Positions 13,787-28,830 of a stretch of 64,000 nt of DNA are shown here, in pieces. The DNA is taken from assembly GCF_009914755.1 (NCBI RefSeq), contig NC_060938.1; one strand, written 5' to 3'. Position numbers and translations under genes: made by a program. The notes below the pieces were generated by a model. The model saw only the letters and a list, made by a program, of their open reading frames with translations, had not been told where the DNA came from and did not search any database. This DNA is from the human T2T-CHM13v2.0 reference genome, Homo sapiens. Position 1 is the stretch's first letter. The number at the start of each line of letters is the position of its first letter.

Positions 13787-14238
13787 GTAGGAAATAAAGA
13801 TGATATCTAAATAACATGTTTTCTAACCATATCTTTATTTGTACTCTGCCTCAGCGCAGAGAGCACTGGGATACGCAGTACACACAAATTTCACACACAA
13901 AAGGCGTACTTTTCAATCCAGGTTTGGTGCTAGAAATATAAAAATTCGGGAAAAATCTTCACATTGTCTAATGTAGCAAAGGTTCATGGGATAGTCTGAA
14001 AAAAGTTTTCTGTTTCCTGTTCTCTATGAGACATTTGTGTGGTTTTCTTTAATACTATAGAACCCAGCTATCATACAGGCTGTTAATTAGATTTTTTATA
14101 TTACAAATTAAATTCTCTCTAAATTATAACAAACATATTATAAAAACCTGGTTGAGTCACAAGGTTTGTGCCATCCTTTTCTTTGGTATAAACACTTTTT
14201 GCTTATTTTGTATTTAAACATGTGTAATGCTCTTTTAG

Positions 14239-14358
14239 ACTCCAGGATGACCATAGAAACCTGAGGAAGTGGTTGACTAATCAAGAAGAGAAATGGAAAG
14301 GAATGGAAGAACCAGGGGAGAAAACTGAGCTGTTCTGCCAAGCTTTAGCTAGAAAGAG
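14239..14358 (+). CDS. SYNE2: SYNE2 exon (~40), 120 bp, phase 2/2, (R)LQDDHRNLRKW...ALARK
   Basis: Acceptor tcttttag|A, donor AG|gtatag. Confidence 0.93.
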
Positions 14359-14456
14359 GTATAGCTGATCTTGTATGAAATACATTACCTGAGATTATGG
14401 TTTCTTCCATGGTGTGGTTACTCCTATAAACTTTAAGTGGTATTTGGAATTTACAG

Positions 14457-14748
14457 GGAACAGTTTGAATCTGTGGCCCAATTGAACAACTCTTTGAAGG
14501 AATATGGGTTTACTGAAGAAGAAGAAATAATAATGGAAGCAACATGTTTGATGGATAGATACCAGACATTACTGAGACAACTAAGTGAAATCGAGGAAGA
14601 GGATAAGTTACTACCCACAGAGGACCAGAGCTTTAATGATCTTGCACATGATGTAATTCATTGGATAAAAGAGATTAAAGAGTCCCTTATGGTTTTGAAT
14701 TCATCCGAAGGCAAAATGCCACTTGAGGAAAGAATCCAAAAAATCAAG
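14457..14748 (+). CDS. SYNE2: SYNE2 exon (~41), 292 bp, phase 2/0, (R)EQFESVAQL...RIQKIK
   Basis: Acceptor tttacag|G, donor AAG|gtataa; within ORF 14437..14754. Confidence 0.94.
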
Positions 14749-15905
14749 GTATAACTATGGAAACTAAATTTCAGAAGTCTGAGTGAACTCTAGTTTTGAA
14801 AAGATTTAGAGGAAAACTGTAAAGATGTGCTTCTTAATGGAAAATCAGATCACTGTGGAATGGTTGAAGAAATTCAGATCACTGAGCTTACAAAAAAGAA
14901 GGGTTGTGACGGATCTAAAATTACTTGGATGCACATGAAAGACAGAAAGCATGTCCTGTCTTAGAGAGAGCAGTGTGCCTATTGTCCGTCTTCAATGAGT
15001 GCAGAAGAATTGAAATAAAGACAATGAATCAGAGCTGCTAGTGGGAGGGAGTTTGCTAGGATGTCAAAAGAACATATGTCAGTATAGCAGAAGCATCAGC
15101 AATGTCGAGGCAGGGGAGTTCTTCAGAGTGGATGTGTATGGTTCATAAAAGTTTATTAGATAGTGGGAGGGGAAAGCAAGGAAGTCTCAAGCTCCCTTGG
15201 GCTCCCTTTTTATCTAAGGGGAGATTCAGTAAACATTTTTAAAAATTAAAATTTAATTATAATAAATTTAAAAATTCAATCACTAGATAAAAATACAGGG
15301 GACAGAAGCACTTGTGTTTAAAAGGAACTGTAGGAGAACTGAAATCACATTCATTGAAGCATTCTTAGAGGAAGAAATGGCCAAAAATCATGAGCTCTTA
15401 AGGTTGGTGAGACTTAGTAAATAATCAGAATCATTTGGGATTATATCCAGACGTTTTCCCAGAGAAAGTGAGAACGAGAATTAATTATGTCATGGTAGAG
15501 AAACAAGAGTTGACATGAGGGACACTGTATTTTCCTATGGGAAGTCATAAGTCTATGCTTAGGTTATAAAAATGTCTTGTCAGATTGTTATCATAACTCT
15601 CCATCCATAAATAATAGAGTGGATAGGAAGAGGTTTTGCCAGGGTTTTGGGGGCATAAAGGAAGTATTGAAAATCTAGAGAAGAGCAGGAATGCAGTCAG
15701 CTCAAACTGACAAATATTTATGGAGAACTATATATAATGTGAAGAGAGATATCTTTGTCTTTCGGGTACATATAAAAATGAAAAGATTATGTTGAAATAT
15801 ACCCTACAGATAGAATCTCTATATAAAGCTTACAAATAAAGAGATAGCATGTAGTATCTCTAAGTAATGCAAATGACATTATAAAATCTCTTTTATTTAA
15901 TTCAG

Positions 15906-16057
15906 GAAATCATTTTGCTGAAGCCTGAAGGGGATGCCAGAATAGAGACCATCATGAAGCAGGCTGAGAGCAGCGAGGCCCCGCTGGTTCAGAAGACCCT
16001 CACTGACATCAGCAACCAGTGGGACAACACACTCCATTTAGCTAGCACCTACCTAAG
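15906..16057 (+). CDS. SYNE2: SYNE2 exon (~42), 152 bp, phase 0/2, EIILLKPEG...LASTYL
   Basis: Acceptor taattcag|GAA, donor AG|gtaaag. Confidence 0.94.
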
Positions 16058-16811
16058 GTAAAGGGCATGCCTGCACCACTTGCATCATATCCCATTGCCC
16101 AGTGAAGCCATAACAAGTATGTTTTGTCTGCCCCCTGGGTTTGGATATAATATCTGCTAGAGAGAAAGTTGGTAATGTCAGGGACATCCACAGTGTCAAG
16201 AGACAGAAACCAAAACCAGATAACCTCATTATCTGCATGGTATCACTGTAGAATAATTAATGCTCTTAAATATTTATTTTAAGAAATTCTTAAATATGTG
16301 AACATTGATAAATGTTGGCTGAATCCAATGGATGTAATTCTAGTGAAAATTCTTAATTCATATCATGTCTACAATGGTACATTTAATATTTAGAAATGTG
16401 AATTTTATGTTTGAAGAGCCAATCAGATCTTAATTTTAAGCTATAGAAAGCATAAACTAGTTAGTTGGTTAATATACGGAATGTTTGTTTTACTTTATGA
16501 AGAAGTAAAGTATGGGAAAATATAATTAGTAGAAACTGTTGGGACTTGTTTGAAATCTAAATTATTAAATATTCTCTGGTCAAATTATGTAACAGAAAAC
16601 AATTATTTTTTAGTAATACTCAAATAATTTCTGTCTTGGTTTCTGAGCTAAACAGTGTTATTTACAGTGTTCTAATATCAAAAGAGTCTCTGGGAACAAT
16701 GTATATTAGTGTTATTTTAATGTTTATTAGGATGTGTGTTACATAATATGCAAAATGCTAGTCCATTTTGCTAAATATCATTTAATTTATAAAATATTTT
16801 GTGAAATTTAG

Positions 16812-17121
16812 CCATCAAGAAAAGCTTCTACTAGAAGGAGAGAAATATTTACAAAGTAAGGAGGATCTGAGATTAATGCTCATAGAATTAAAGAAGAAAC
16901 AGGAAGCAGGCTTTGCTCTACAACATGGTCTGCAGGAGAAGAAAGCTCAGTTAAAGATTTATAAGAAATTCCTCAAGAAAGCCCAAGATTTGACATCCTT
17001 GCTAAAGGAGTTAAAATCTCAGGGAAACTACCTCTTGGAGTGCACTAAAAATCCCAGCTTCAGTGAAGAGCCTTGGCTGGAAATAAAGCATCTACACGAA
17101 AGTCTTCTTCAACAACTGCAG
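16812..17121 (+). CDS. SYNE2: SYNE2 exon (~43), 310 bp, phase 2/0, (S)HQEKLLLEG...LLQQLQ
   Basis: Acceptor aatttag|C, donor CAG|gtgagg; within ORF 16801..17139. Confidence 0.94.
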
Positions 17122-17212
17122 GTGAGGTGGTCAAAATAATGCTTTAAATGATTGTTCTAATTATACATAAGTATGCAAGACATATGTGGAACTATCTGTT
17201 GTTGTTGTTCAT

Positions 17213-17882
17213 TTTGTTTTGTTTTATTTTATTTTATTTTATTTTATTTTTTTGAGACAGGGTCTCACTCTTTGCCCAGGCTGGAGTGCAGTGGCATGAT
17301 CTCAGCTCACTGCAGTGTCAACCTTTGAGGGCTCAGGTGATCCTCCTGCTTCAGCCTCCCGGGTTGGGACTACAGGCATGTGCCACTACACCTGGCTCAT
17401 TTTTGTATTTTTTTTAGAGATGGGGTTTTGCCATGTTGCCCAGGCTGGTCTTGAACTCCTGGGCTCAAGTGATCCTCCCGCCTTGGCCTCCCAAAGTGCT
17501 GGGACTACAGACGTGAGCCACACCTGGCCTGTTGTTGTTCTTTTGGTAAACTAAGAGCTTTCTAATTTGATTGATCCTGTTTATTTATTTATTTATTTTT
17601 AGAGACAGTGTCTTTCTCTGTCACCCAAGCTAGAGTGCAGTGTTGCAATCATAGTTCACTGCAGCCTCGAACTCCTAGGCTCAAGCGATCCTCCCACCTC
17701 AGCCTACCTAGTAGCTAGGACTACAGGCATGCGCCACTACACCCAGCTAATTTTTTTATTTTTGTAGAAATAAGGTCTCGCTTTGTTGCCCAAGCTGGTC
17801 TAGACCTCCTGGCCTTATATAATCCTCCTGCCTCAGCCTCTGGAATAGCTTGGATGACCTGCGCGAGCCACTGCACCCAGCT
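17213..17882 (-). mobile_element. Two tandem antisense AluJ elements (17213-17530, 17580-17882)
   Basis: Antisense Alu consensus twice, with (TTTA)n-type tails. Confidence 0.9.
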
Positions 17883-18184
17883 CCTAATTTATCATTTTTA
17901 GATGAAAATCCTAACTCTCAAGGATGGAGGAATAAATCCAGCTCATTTTGCTATTGTATTATTTGATGATGATATTATATTCTCTCATCAAAATTCCCCT
18001 CTTTAGGGGTAGAATGGGTTAAGATTTTTCAGGCATCTCTATGAAGGTAACAGTGTCAATATTATCCATCCATCCATCATCTATTGTTAGTAGTTTATGT
18101 CAGTTATCTTATATCCACCTTCTTATCAGTGCCCCTCCCTCAGATCTTCCTGCCTGATCTTCAGTAAAATAATTACGAGGCAGG

Positions 18185-18519
<335 letters not shown>

Positions 18520-19222
18520 TTAATAGAAGTGTTTATAATTCTTTGTACACTGAAAGCCAGATTCCATGTAAACATTGCCTGGGTAAGAAATCCTGCTTGA
18601 ACAGATAGCAGAAGTTGGGCAGGGGTTAAGATAGACCTGTTCTTCTGTAAATTGTTTAATTTAGTAGTTGCTGCTTTTTGATCAGCTGTGGTCATTGTAT
18701 TTTCCTATCCCAGGGAGAGAAACTAAAGGTGGTTTTACTTTTGAGTTAAGATTACATTTTCCTAACACACAGGTTTGGAGTTTGATTCTTAAGACATGAA
18801 TCTGAGGTTAGTTTGATCTCATATGGTCTCATTTCCAAGTGTGGAAATTGGTAGTTGGTTTTATTGCAAAGGATAATTAAGGAAGCTGCTTTATCATGAA
18901 TGTTTGGGATTTAATGATACAATTTGTAGCTATTTCATTTTATAAACATCTTGACAAATAAATTATCTTCATGAAGGGGAAATGAAGGCAAAGAAGCATG
19001 GAAAAAACATTGTTTTCAATAAGAGTCATTTTTTTGGGGGGGAGATGGAGACTTTGCAGTGAAATATCTCCAACTCTAAAATCTTTAGAACTCTAATTTA
19101 TAGCCGTATTCCTGTTTCAAGATGAAACTGGTAAACAAGTATTTATTAGTCATTTAATTATTTTGTGAGTGAAAACAATCAGAGAGAAATAATTTGTAAA
19201 TTGTCTGTGGCTTTATTTTTAG

Positions 19223-19387
19223 GATTCTGTGCAAAACTTGGACGGTCACGTTCGAGAACATGATTCATACCAGGTTTGCGTCACAGACCTGAATACTACA
19301 TTGGACAATTTCTCCAAGGAATTTGTCAGTTTTTCTGATAAGCCTGTGGATCAAATAGCGGTTGAGGAAAAACTGCAGAAACTGCAG
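19223..19387 (+). CDS. SYNE2: SYNE2 exon (~44), 165 bp, phase 0/0, DSVQNLDGH...KLQKLQ
   Basis: Acceptor tatttttag|GAT, donor CAG|gtacta; overlaps ORF 19229..19411. Confidence 0.93.
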
Positions 19388-20343
19388 GTACTAAACGGTG
19401 TCCAGACATGATAGACATTTAAAAAAAAAAATCAGTGTTAATTACAGTGTGATTAATCAGTGTCCTCTGTCAGAAATTCCACTGGTATTCAGATGACTCT
19501 TAGGTAATTAAAGCTCTGACCAGTCATAATAAATGAGAATGTCCTTCTTTAGTGGACAAATCCATTTATAATTGGAATTGACCCTCACTTGGTGGGCCCT
19601 CAGGGACAGTTTTACCCACTAGACTGTAGCACCTTGAAAGGCCTGTATGTTACTTCTTTATGTAACTTCAAAATCTATCCTAGTACTTGGCTGTTAGTTG
19701 GATGAATGAATGATTGAGTGAATGCTTCTTGTGTAGCCCATTAGGATAACGACTGATAAACTGTACATCGTTCACCTAGATTTATTCTAGTTCAAAGTAG
19801 CTACTGCAGTACATCAAATTCCTTTTCAGTCTAGAGTTTTAAAATTAGTCATATTTGTTTACGCATTTACTATTGATTTTCTGCTATATTTAAGATAGTA
19901 CACTAGGTGAATTTCTCATCAACACAAAGTTTTGCTCTGAATTTTAAATATTAGCATTAGATTCATTGGGTACATTCTAAATGATTCTTCTATTCTTTTT
20001 AATACTTCACACATAATAGGCACCTATTATTCAGTGTTTTGATTGTGTGACAAAGACGTATCTTGAACAAAACATATATATTCAACGAATATCTGTTGAT
20101 TGCCTCCTGTGTTGTTCTAAATTACTTGTTGCAAACATTTTAGTATCTTAAAATACGTATTTGAGAATTTGATCCAAGATGCAGCATTGGTTTAAATTTT
20201 GCCAAAGTTTCTTCTATGTGATATGAGTTGTTAAGTTTTTAAATATTTCTACTGGTGAAGCAAGAGTACTCTGTGATTTACAAAAGTCAATTAACTTTTG
20301 TGGCAATTGAATGGAGATATAACAATCTTTTCTCCACTCGTAG

Positions 20344-20685
20344 GAACTAGAGAATAGACTCAGTTTACAAGATGGCACATTAAAGAAGATTTTAGCTTTA
20401 GCAAAATCCGTCAAGCAAAATACATCTTCAGTGGGGCAGAAGATTATTAAAGATGATATAAAATCACTTCAGTGTAAACAAAAAGATTTGGAAAACAGGC
20501 TTGCATCTGCTAAGCAGGAGATGGAATGTTGTCTCAACAGCATTCTCAAATCAAAACGCTCAACAGAAAAGAAAGGAAAGTTTACTCTGCCAGGCAGAGA
20601 GAAGCAGGCCACTTCTGATGTGCAGGAGTCTACTCAGGAATCAGCTACAGTGGAAAAGTTGGAGGAAGACTGGGAAATAAACAAG
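20344..20685 (+). CDS. SYNE2: SYNE2 exon (~45), 342 bp, phase 0/0, ELENRLSLQD...DWEINK
   Basis: Acceptor ctccactcgtag|GAA, donor AAG|gtaagt; overlaps ORF 20431..20763. Confidence 0.94.
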
Positions 20686-21620
20686 GTAAGTGCTTGTGAT
20701 TGCACTTTCAAGACAGTGAGTCTGAGAATGAAGAGGTATTTGGCTCTGAAAAGAGGGTCGTGAATCAAGCATTCTGATTTCATAATTAAATCCTCAATGT
20801 CCTGGCTATTTATGAAGCCTACTTGTAAAAAGAGCTCTTAGAAAATTGTCCAGGATTTCAGTGGTGAAATATTGCTGTTCAGTCTGTTAAAATGTCAGTC
20901 ATCAATTTAGGTTTATTATTCTCTCTGATAGGTAATCAGATACCGTTTCTTGGGTCAAGAGCACAAAGGCAAATTAGAAAAGGCGAAAGAAAAGAAAATG
21001 TTCTTTACCTATTTTCTCAGGAAAAAAATCCAAGATCCCAATTTTTGGGGGGTTGATTTCATAATAAAATCAGAGACTGTCGGAAAGGACAGTTTCTTAT
21101 CTTTTTCTTCTTGTGTTAACCCTCTGTTGTTAGATCATTTAGTGTGAGGATAGCAACATTTAGGCTCCTAGCTTTCCCTAGGGAGAAGAAAGAAGAATGT
21201 TTTCTTGTTTTCACTGTGAACAATCACATGAGTACATTTCTTGTGGCTCTTAAAGTGCGTTTTCATAGGTTACAGATTGAAATGGGAATCGCACAAAGAG
21301 AGATCCAGTAAACTGTATTTGAGAGGATCTCCCTGACACGCAGCTTCTCACAGTCAGGGTCCGGTGGGACAGTAGTGGAGGTTGGAACATTCAGGTATGA
21401 GTTCCCATCAGGTTTTTAGGGAGTAAGTAATCAACAGGAATAAAGAGAACATGCACTTTTATTGTCTCCGTAGAATAGAAATGCATGGAAGATTAAAGGA
21501 ACCAGGCAGGATTTTCTAAAAATACGTAAAACAACGTGAAATGCCTATGGAGCATCTCTCTGTGAGGAAAGGTTTTTAAACAAATCCCACAGTGTTAGAT
21601 ATTGCTAAGGAAATGTGTCA

Positions 21621-23099
<1,479 letters not shown>

Positions 23100-25024
23100 T
23101 TATGATACAAATTTAAGGGTTATTGATAGTTTATGATACTTCATTTAAATGTTTTTTTCAGGGCAAATGGAGGAATTGATGTCCTCAAATAATTTTCATA
23201 AGTTTGGATACAGATAACTAGTTTTTATTCTCTAGCAACATTTTGTTGCTTTATTCTTTTGTAACATGGCTATTTTTCTGTATCTGTATGGCTTATTTTC
23301 TCTGAGTACTGGCTGTATTTTCTTGTATGTAATATTAGAGTATGTAATATTATATAACATTAGTCTATTAAGGTCAAGAGCAGTTTTAAAGTTGAACAGC
23401 AACTAGCAAAAGAGATCAGATTTATGCTTAGACTAATAAAGTACATGTATAATGTGACAAATGACATAACTGTGTTAATGACTGAAGCTGGATTCTCAAT
23501 ATAATGAATACGTAGGACACATAAAGGCACAGTTTACTGAATTATAAATTTGATTAATATAAAATCATTGTGATAGTGAAAATAAGCACTTTAGTCATTA
23601 AAAACACTACTTGAGACTTATTTTGTGCTAGTCATTCTGCTAGAATGTGAGGATATAGTTGTCACAGCTTAAAATCTAACACTAATTAAATTGCTAATTA
23701 ATACTCACTTCACATGCCTTTTTGGAATCCAGAGAGGCTTTTATCAGATTATTTTAAATAGACCCCAGAAGAATTTTTAGAAAGTTTTTATTTCTTTTAC
23801 TTTTTCTTTAGTAAATGTCATTAATCTTAGAATTTTGTTGAAAATGTGATGGCAGTTTCCAAAAATTGCCATCATAGCATGTATATATTTGAATCCATTG
23901 TCAAGAATTTCATTTCAGATGAAATGCAGGTGATTTTGTAGATCTGGACCTTTGGTTGACCTTTTCTTTAATATTGGAAATGTTCAGGCAGACCTAGAAA
24001 CAAAAGAAGTTGCAAAATTCAGTATGACAGGTATTTGTGCTTATGATTCAATACCATACTGCATATTTTTATAGATGCGTATTTCTGAATTTTTACATAT
24101 GGGTAGGCAGAAGTACCTTCCATCTCCTCCTTTCTATATAGGTTAAGTGAAGCAGCAGATTAGGATATGGTAAAAAGTGAAGACTGTCTAATCTCTTAGG
24201 ATTTTATGTGCCCATAAAGAGAAACGATAAAGAGGAAAAACAGGGAAACTCATACATTTTCTAATTTATTATTTTTTTTCTAAAAAATCATAATACAACA
24301 TTACAGCTTATCTAGTATGGAATGATCTTTCTTGCCCCATCCTTCCGAAATAGCAGCCTACATGACATAATTGCTTTTTAAAAACTGAAAACCTTTGGTC
24401 TGTAATTACTTCTTTGATTTCCTTATCATTGACGTAATTGTTAGCATTTCTGAATTGATTTTGTTCTTTTCAGAAGTTTCTGAGCATTTCTAATTTGATG
24501 TTTAAGAAGGCATTTGTAGATAAATCTTGGAAGGTACAGGCAAAATGTGCAAAGCTCTAGCTGTGGGTGAGTGACCCGGAACAAAGCCTGGAGTCAGAAT
24601 TTGAATGAGAAGGAAACTACTTACTGGAGAGTTTTCAATCCTGGGGTAAATTATGTCTATTTCTGGTGTTGTTTATCCTGTTAACTCAGTAGAAAAAAAA
24701 AAGTTATAACAGAGCACATAGTTGGGCCATGTGTCAACTACAGTGTCCTACTTGCCCTTTCTGGCCAGTATGCAAATCTTGCATCTTACTGTAGAGGTAT
24801 TTTCACAATCCAAAATTTATGCCTTAATGGGATAACCAACTTACATGGTACATTTTTTTTTTTTTTTTTTTTTGCCATCTATAAACAACGTGCATTTGAG
24901 AACATGCTCCAAAGTTGTAAAATCTCAGGCTGAAAAAGACCTTAGAAATTGTCTAACGTAACCCTTTTATTTCAGGTGAGGGAATTGAAGTCCAGCAGAG
25001 CTGGGACTAGAACTTAGGCATCCT

Positions 25025-25970
<946 letters not shown>

Positions 25971-26139
25971 CTACATTGACAGGCCCTCAGTTTCTTTCCA
26001 TTTTACTCTATAACCCACACATTAAAAAAAATTTTTTTTTAATTTTTCCCCAATCACTTACAGGCCAAAGACAAATATACTATTAATATTGGAAATGGAA
26101 GACTAAATAAAATTCTTATTCTGGTTTACATTCTCTGGT

Positions 26140-28830
26140 TTGAATTCATCTGTACATCTACTCAGTTTAAATTCATTGACTAGGCAGTGAGGATCCCCAC
26201 ATAAACATGGTCTCTGTTCTCAAAGAGCTTCTAGTCTAGCTGGGTGGATACACATTAATCAACTAATTATAGCAATGAGAATCTAATTACAGGAACCAAA
26301 GGAAGGAACCTAGTTCCATGATAGTCTTTAACCAAGGAATCTGACCTACACTGTAGTGTCAGAGAGAGCTCCCAGGAAGCAGCATTGGAACAGAGACTGG
26401 AAGTGTCAGTTGGAGTTAACAGAGCTCAGGGCTGGGTGTGGGGAGCATTTTTGACAGAAATACTGTCTCCTCTTTTTTTTTTTTTTTTAATTGATCATTC
26501 TTGGGTGTTTCTCGCAGAGGGGGATTTGGCGGGGTCATAGGACAATAGTGGAGGGAAGGTCAGCAGATAAACAAGTGAACAAAGGTCTCTGGTTTTCCTA
26601 GGCGGAGGACCCTGCGGCCTTCCGCAGTGTTTGTGTCCCTGGGTACTTGAGATTAGGGAGTGGTGATGACTCTTAACGAGCATGCTGCCTTCAAGTATCT
26701 GTTTAACAAAGCACATCTTGCACCGCCCTTAATCCATTTAACCCTGAGTGGACACAGCACATGTTTCAGAGAGCACAGGGTTGGGGGTAAGGTCACAGAT
26801 CTACAGGATCCCAAGGCAAAAGAATTTTTCTTAGTACAGAACAAACTGAAAAGTCTCCCATGTCTACTTCTTTCTACACAGACACGGCAACCATCCGATT
26901 TCTCAATCTTTTCCCCACCTTTCCCCCCTTTCTATTCCACAAAACCGCCATTGTCATCATGGCCCGTTCTCAATGAGCTGTTGGGTACACCTCCCAGACA
27001 GGGTGGTGGCCGGGCAGAGGGGCCCCTCACTTCCCAGTAGGGGCGGCCGGGCAGAGGCGCCCCGCACCTCCCTCCCGGACGGGGCGGCTGGCCGGGCAGA
27101 GGGGCCTCTCACTTCCCAGTAGGGGCGGCCGGGCAGAGGCGCCCCTCACCTCCCGGACGGGGCGGCTGGCTGGGCGGGGGGCTGACACCCCCACCTCCCT
27201 CCCGGACGGGGCGGCTGGCCGGGCGGGGGGCTGACCCCCAACCTCCCTCCCTGACCGGGCGGCTGGCCGGGCGGGGGGCTGACCCCCCCACCTCCCTCCC
27301 GGACGGGGCGGCTGCCGGGCGGAGACGCTCCTCACTTCCCAGACGGGGTGGCTGCCAGGCGGAGGGGCTCCTCACTTCTCAGACGGGGCAGTTGCCAGGC
27401 GGAGGGTCTCCTCACTTCTCAGACGGGGCGGCCGGGCAGAGATGCTCCTCATCTCCCAGACGGGGTCCCGGCCGGGCAGAGGCGCTCCTCACATCCCAGA
27501 CGGGGCGGCGGGGCAGAGACGCTCCCCACATCTCAGACGATGGGCGGCCGGGCAGAGACGCTCCTCACTTCCTAGACAGGATGGCGGCCGGGAAGAGGCG
27601 CTCCTCACTTCCTAGATGGGATGGGGGCCGGGAAGAGGCGCTCCTCACTTCCTAGATGAGATGGCGGCCGGGCAGAGACGCTCCTCACTTTCCAGACTGG
27701 GCAGCCAGGCAGAGGGGCTCCTCACCTCCCAGACGATGGGCGGCCCGGCAGAGACGCTCCTCACTTCCCAGACGGGGCGGTTGCCAGGCGGAGGGTCTCC
27801 TCACTTCTCAGACGGGGCGGCCGGGCAGAGACGCTCCTCATCTCCCAGACGGGGTCCCGGCCGGGCAGAGGCGCTCCTCACATCCCAGACGGGGCGGCGG
27901 GGCAGAGACGCTCCCCACATCTCAGACGATGGGCGGCCGGGCAGAGACGCTCCTCACTTCCTAGACGGGATGGTGGCCGGGAAGAGGCGCTCCTCACTTC
28001 CTAGATGGGATGGTGGCCGGGAAGAGGCGCTCCTCACTTCCTAGATGAGATGGCGGCCGGGCAGAGACGCTCCTCACTTTCCAGACTGGGCAGCCAGGCA
28101 GAGGGGCTCCTCACCTCCCAGACGATGGGCGGCCCGGCAGAGACACTCCTCACTTCCCAGACGGGGTGGCGGCTTGGCAGAGGCTGCAATCTTGGCACTT
28201 TGGGAGGCCAAGGCAGGCGGCTGGGAGGTGGAGGTTGTAGCGAGCCGAGATCACGCCACTGCACTCCAGCCTGGGCACCATTGAGCACCGAGTGAACTAG
28301 ACTCCGTCTGCAATCCCGGCACCTCGGGAGGCCGAGGCTGGCGGATCACTCGGCAGTTAGGAGCTGGAGACCAGCCCGGCCAACACAGCGAAACCCGGTC
28401 TCCATCAAAAAAATACGAAAACCAGTCAGGCGTGGCGGCGGGCGCCTGCAATCGCAGGCATTCAGCAGGCTGAGGCAGGAGAATCAGGCAGGGAGGTTGC
28501 AGTGAGCCCAGATGGCAGCAGTACAGTCCAGCTTCGGCTCGGCATCAGAGGGAGACCGTGGAAAGAGAGGGAGAGGGAGACCGTGGGGAGAGGGAGAGGG
28601 AGAGGGAGAGGGAGAGCACTGTCTCCTCTTTTGATGGGAGAGAGCGTGAGGAATTTCAGAAGCTGACTGGGGCACGGTGGCTGCAACATAGGAGGCAGAT
28701 GGCAGAGGAGAGTGACAGAGATGAGGCCTGAGAGGTAGGTGTGGCTGGCTGTGCCTTACGAGTCACATTAACATTTTAGATGTTATACTAAGAAATTGGC
28801 AGCCTCTGAGACTGTGTTGATCTGGCTTTT
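26140..28830 (-). mobile_element. Old L2 fragment that is the target of the SVA insertion (26140-26460 and 28633-28830)
   Basis: L2-like motifs such as catggtctctgttctcaaagagcttctagtctag before the SVA, and L2-like sequence after it. Confidence 0.5.
26473..28617 (-). mobile_element. Full-length SVA retrotransposon (SVA_D-like), antisense to SYNE2
   Basis: Read on the minus strand: (CCCTCT)n hexamers ~28560-28616, Alu-like domain ~28175-28560, GC-rich VNTR ~26990-28170, SINE-R ~26490-26990, then a poly(A) tail. 15-bp TSD ACTGTCTCCTCTTTT at 26462-26476 and 28618-28632. Subfamily is from recalled SINE-R diagnostics. Confidence 0.96.

Noticed and set aside
26990-28170. GC-rich ~37-50-bp repeats resembling a CRISPR array, with many overlapping ORFs
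   Set aside because: This is the SVA VNTR. There are no unique spacers and no cas genes, and the ORFs are stop-poor by-products of GC-rich repeats.
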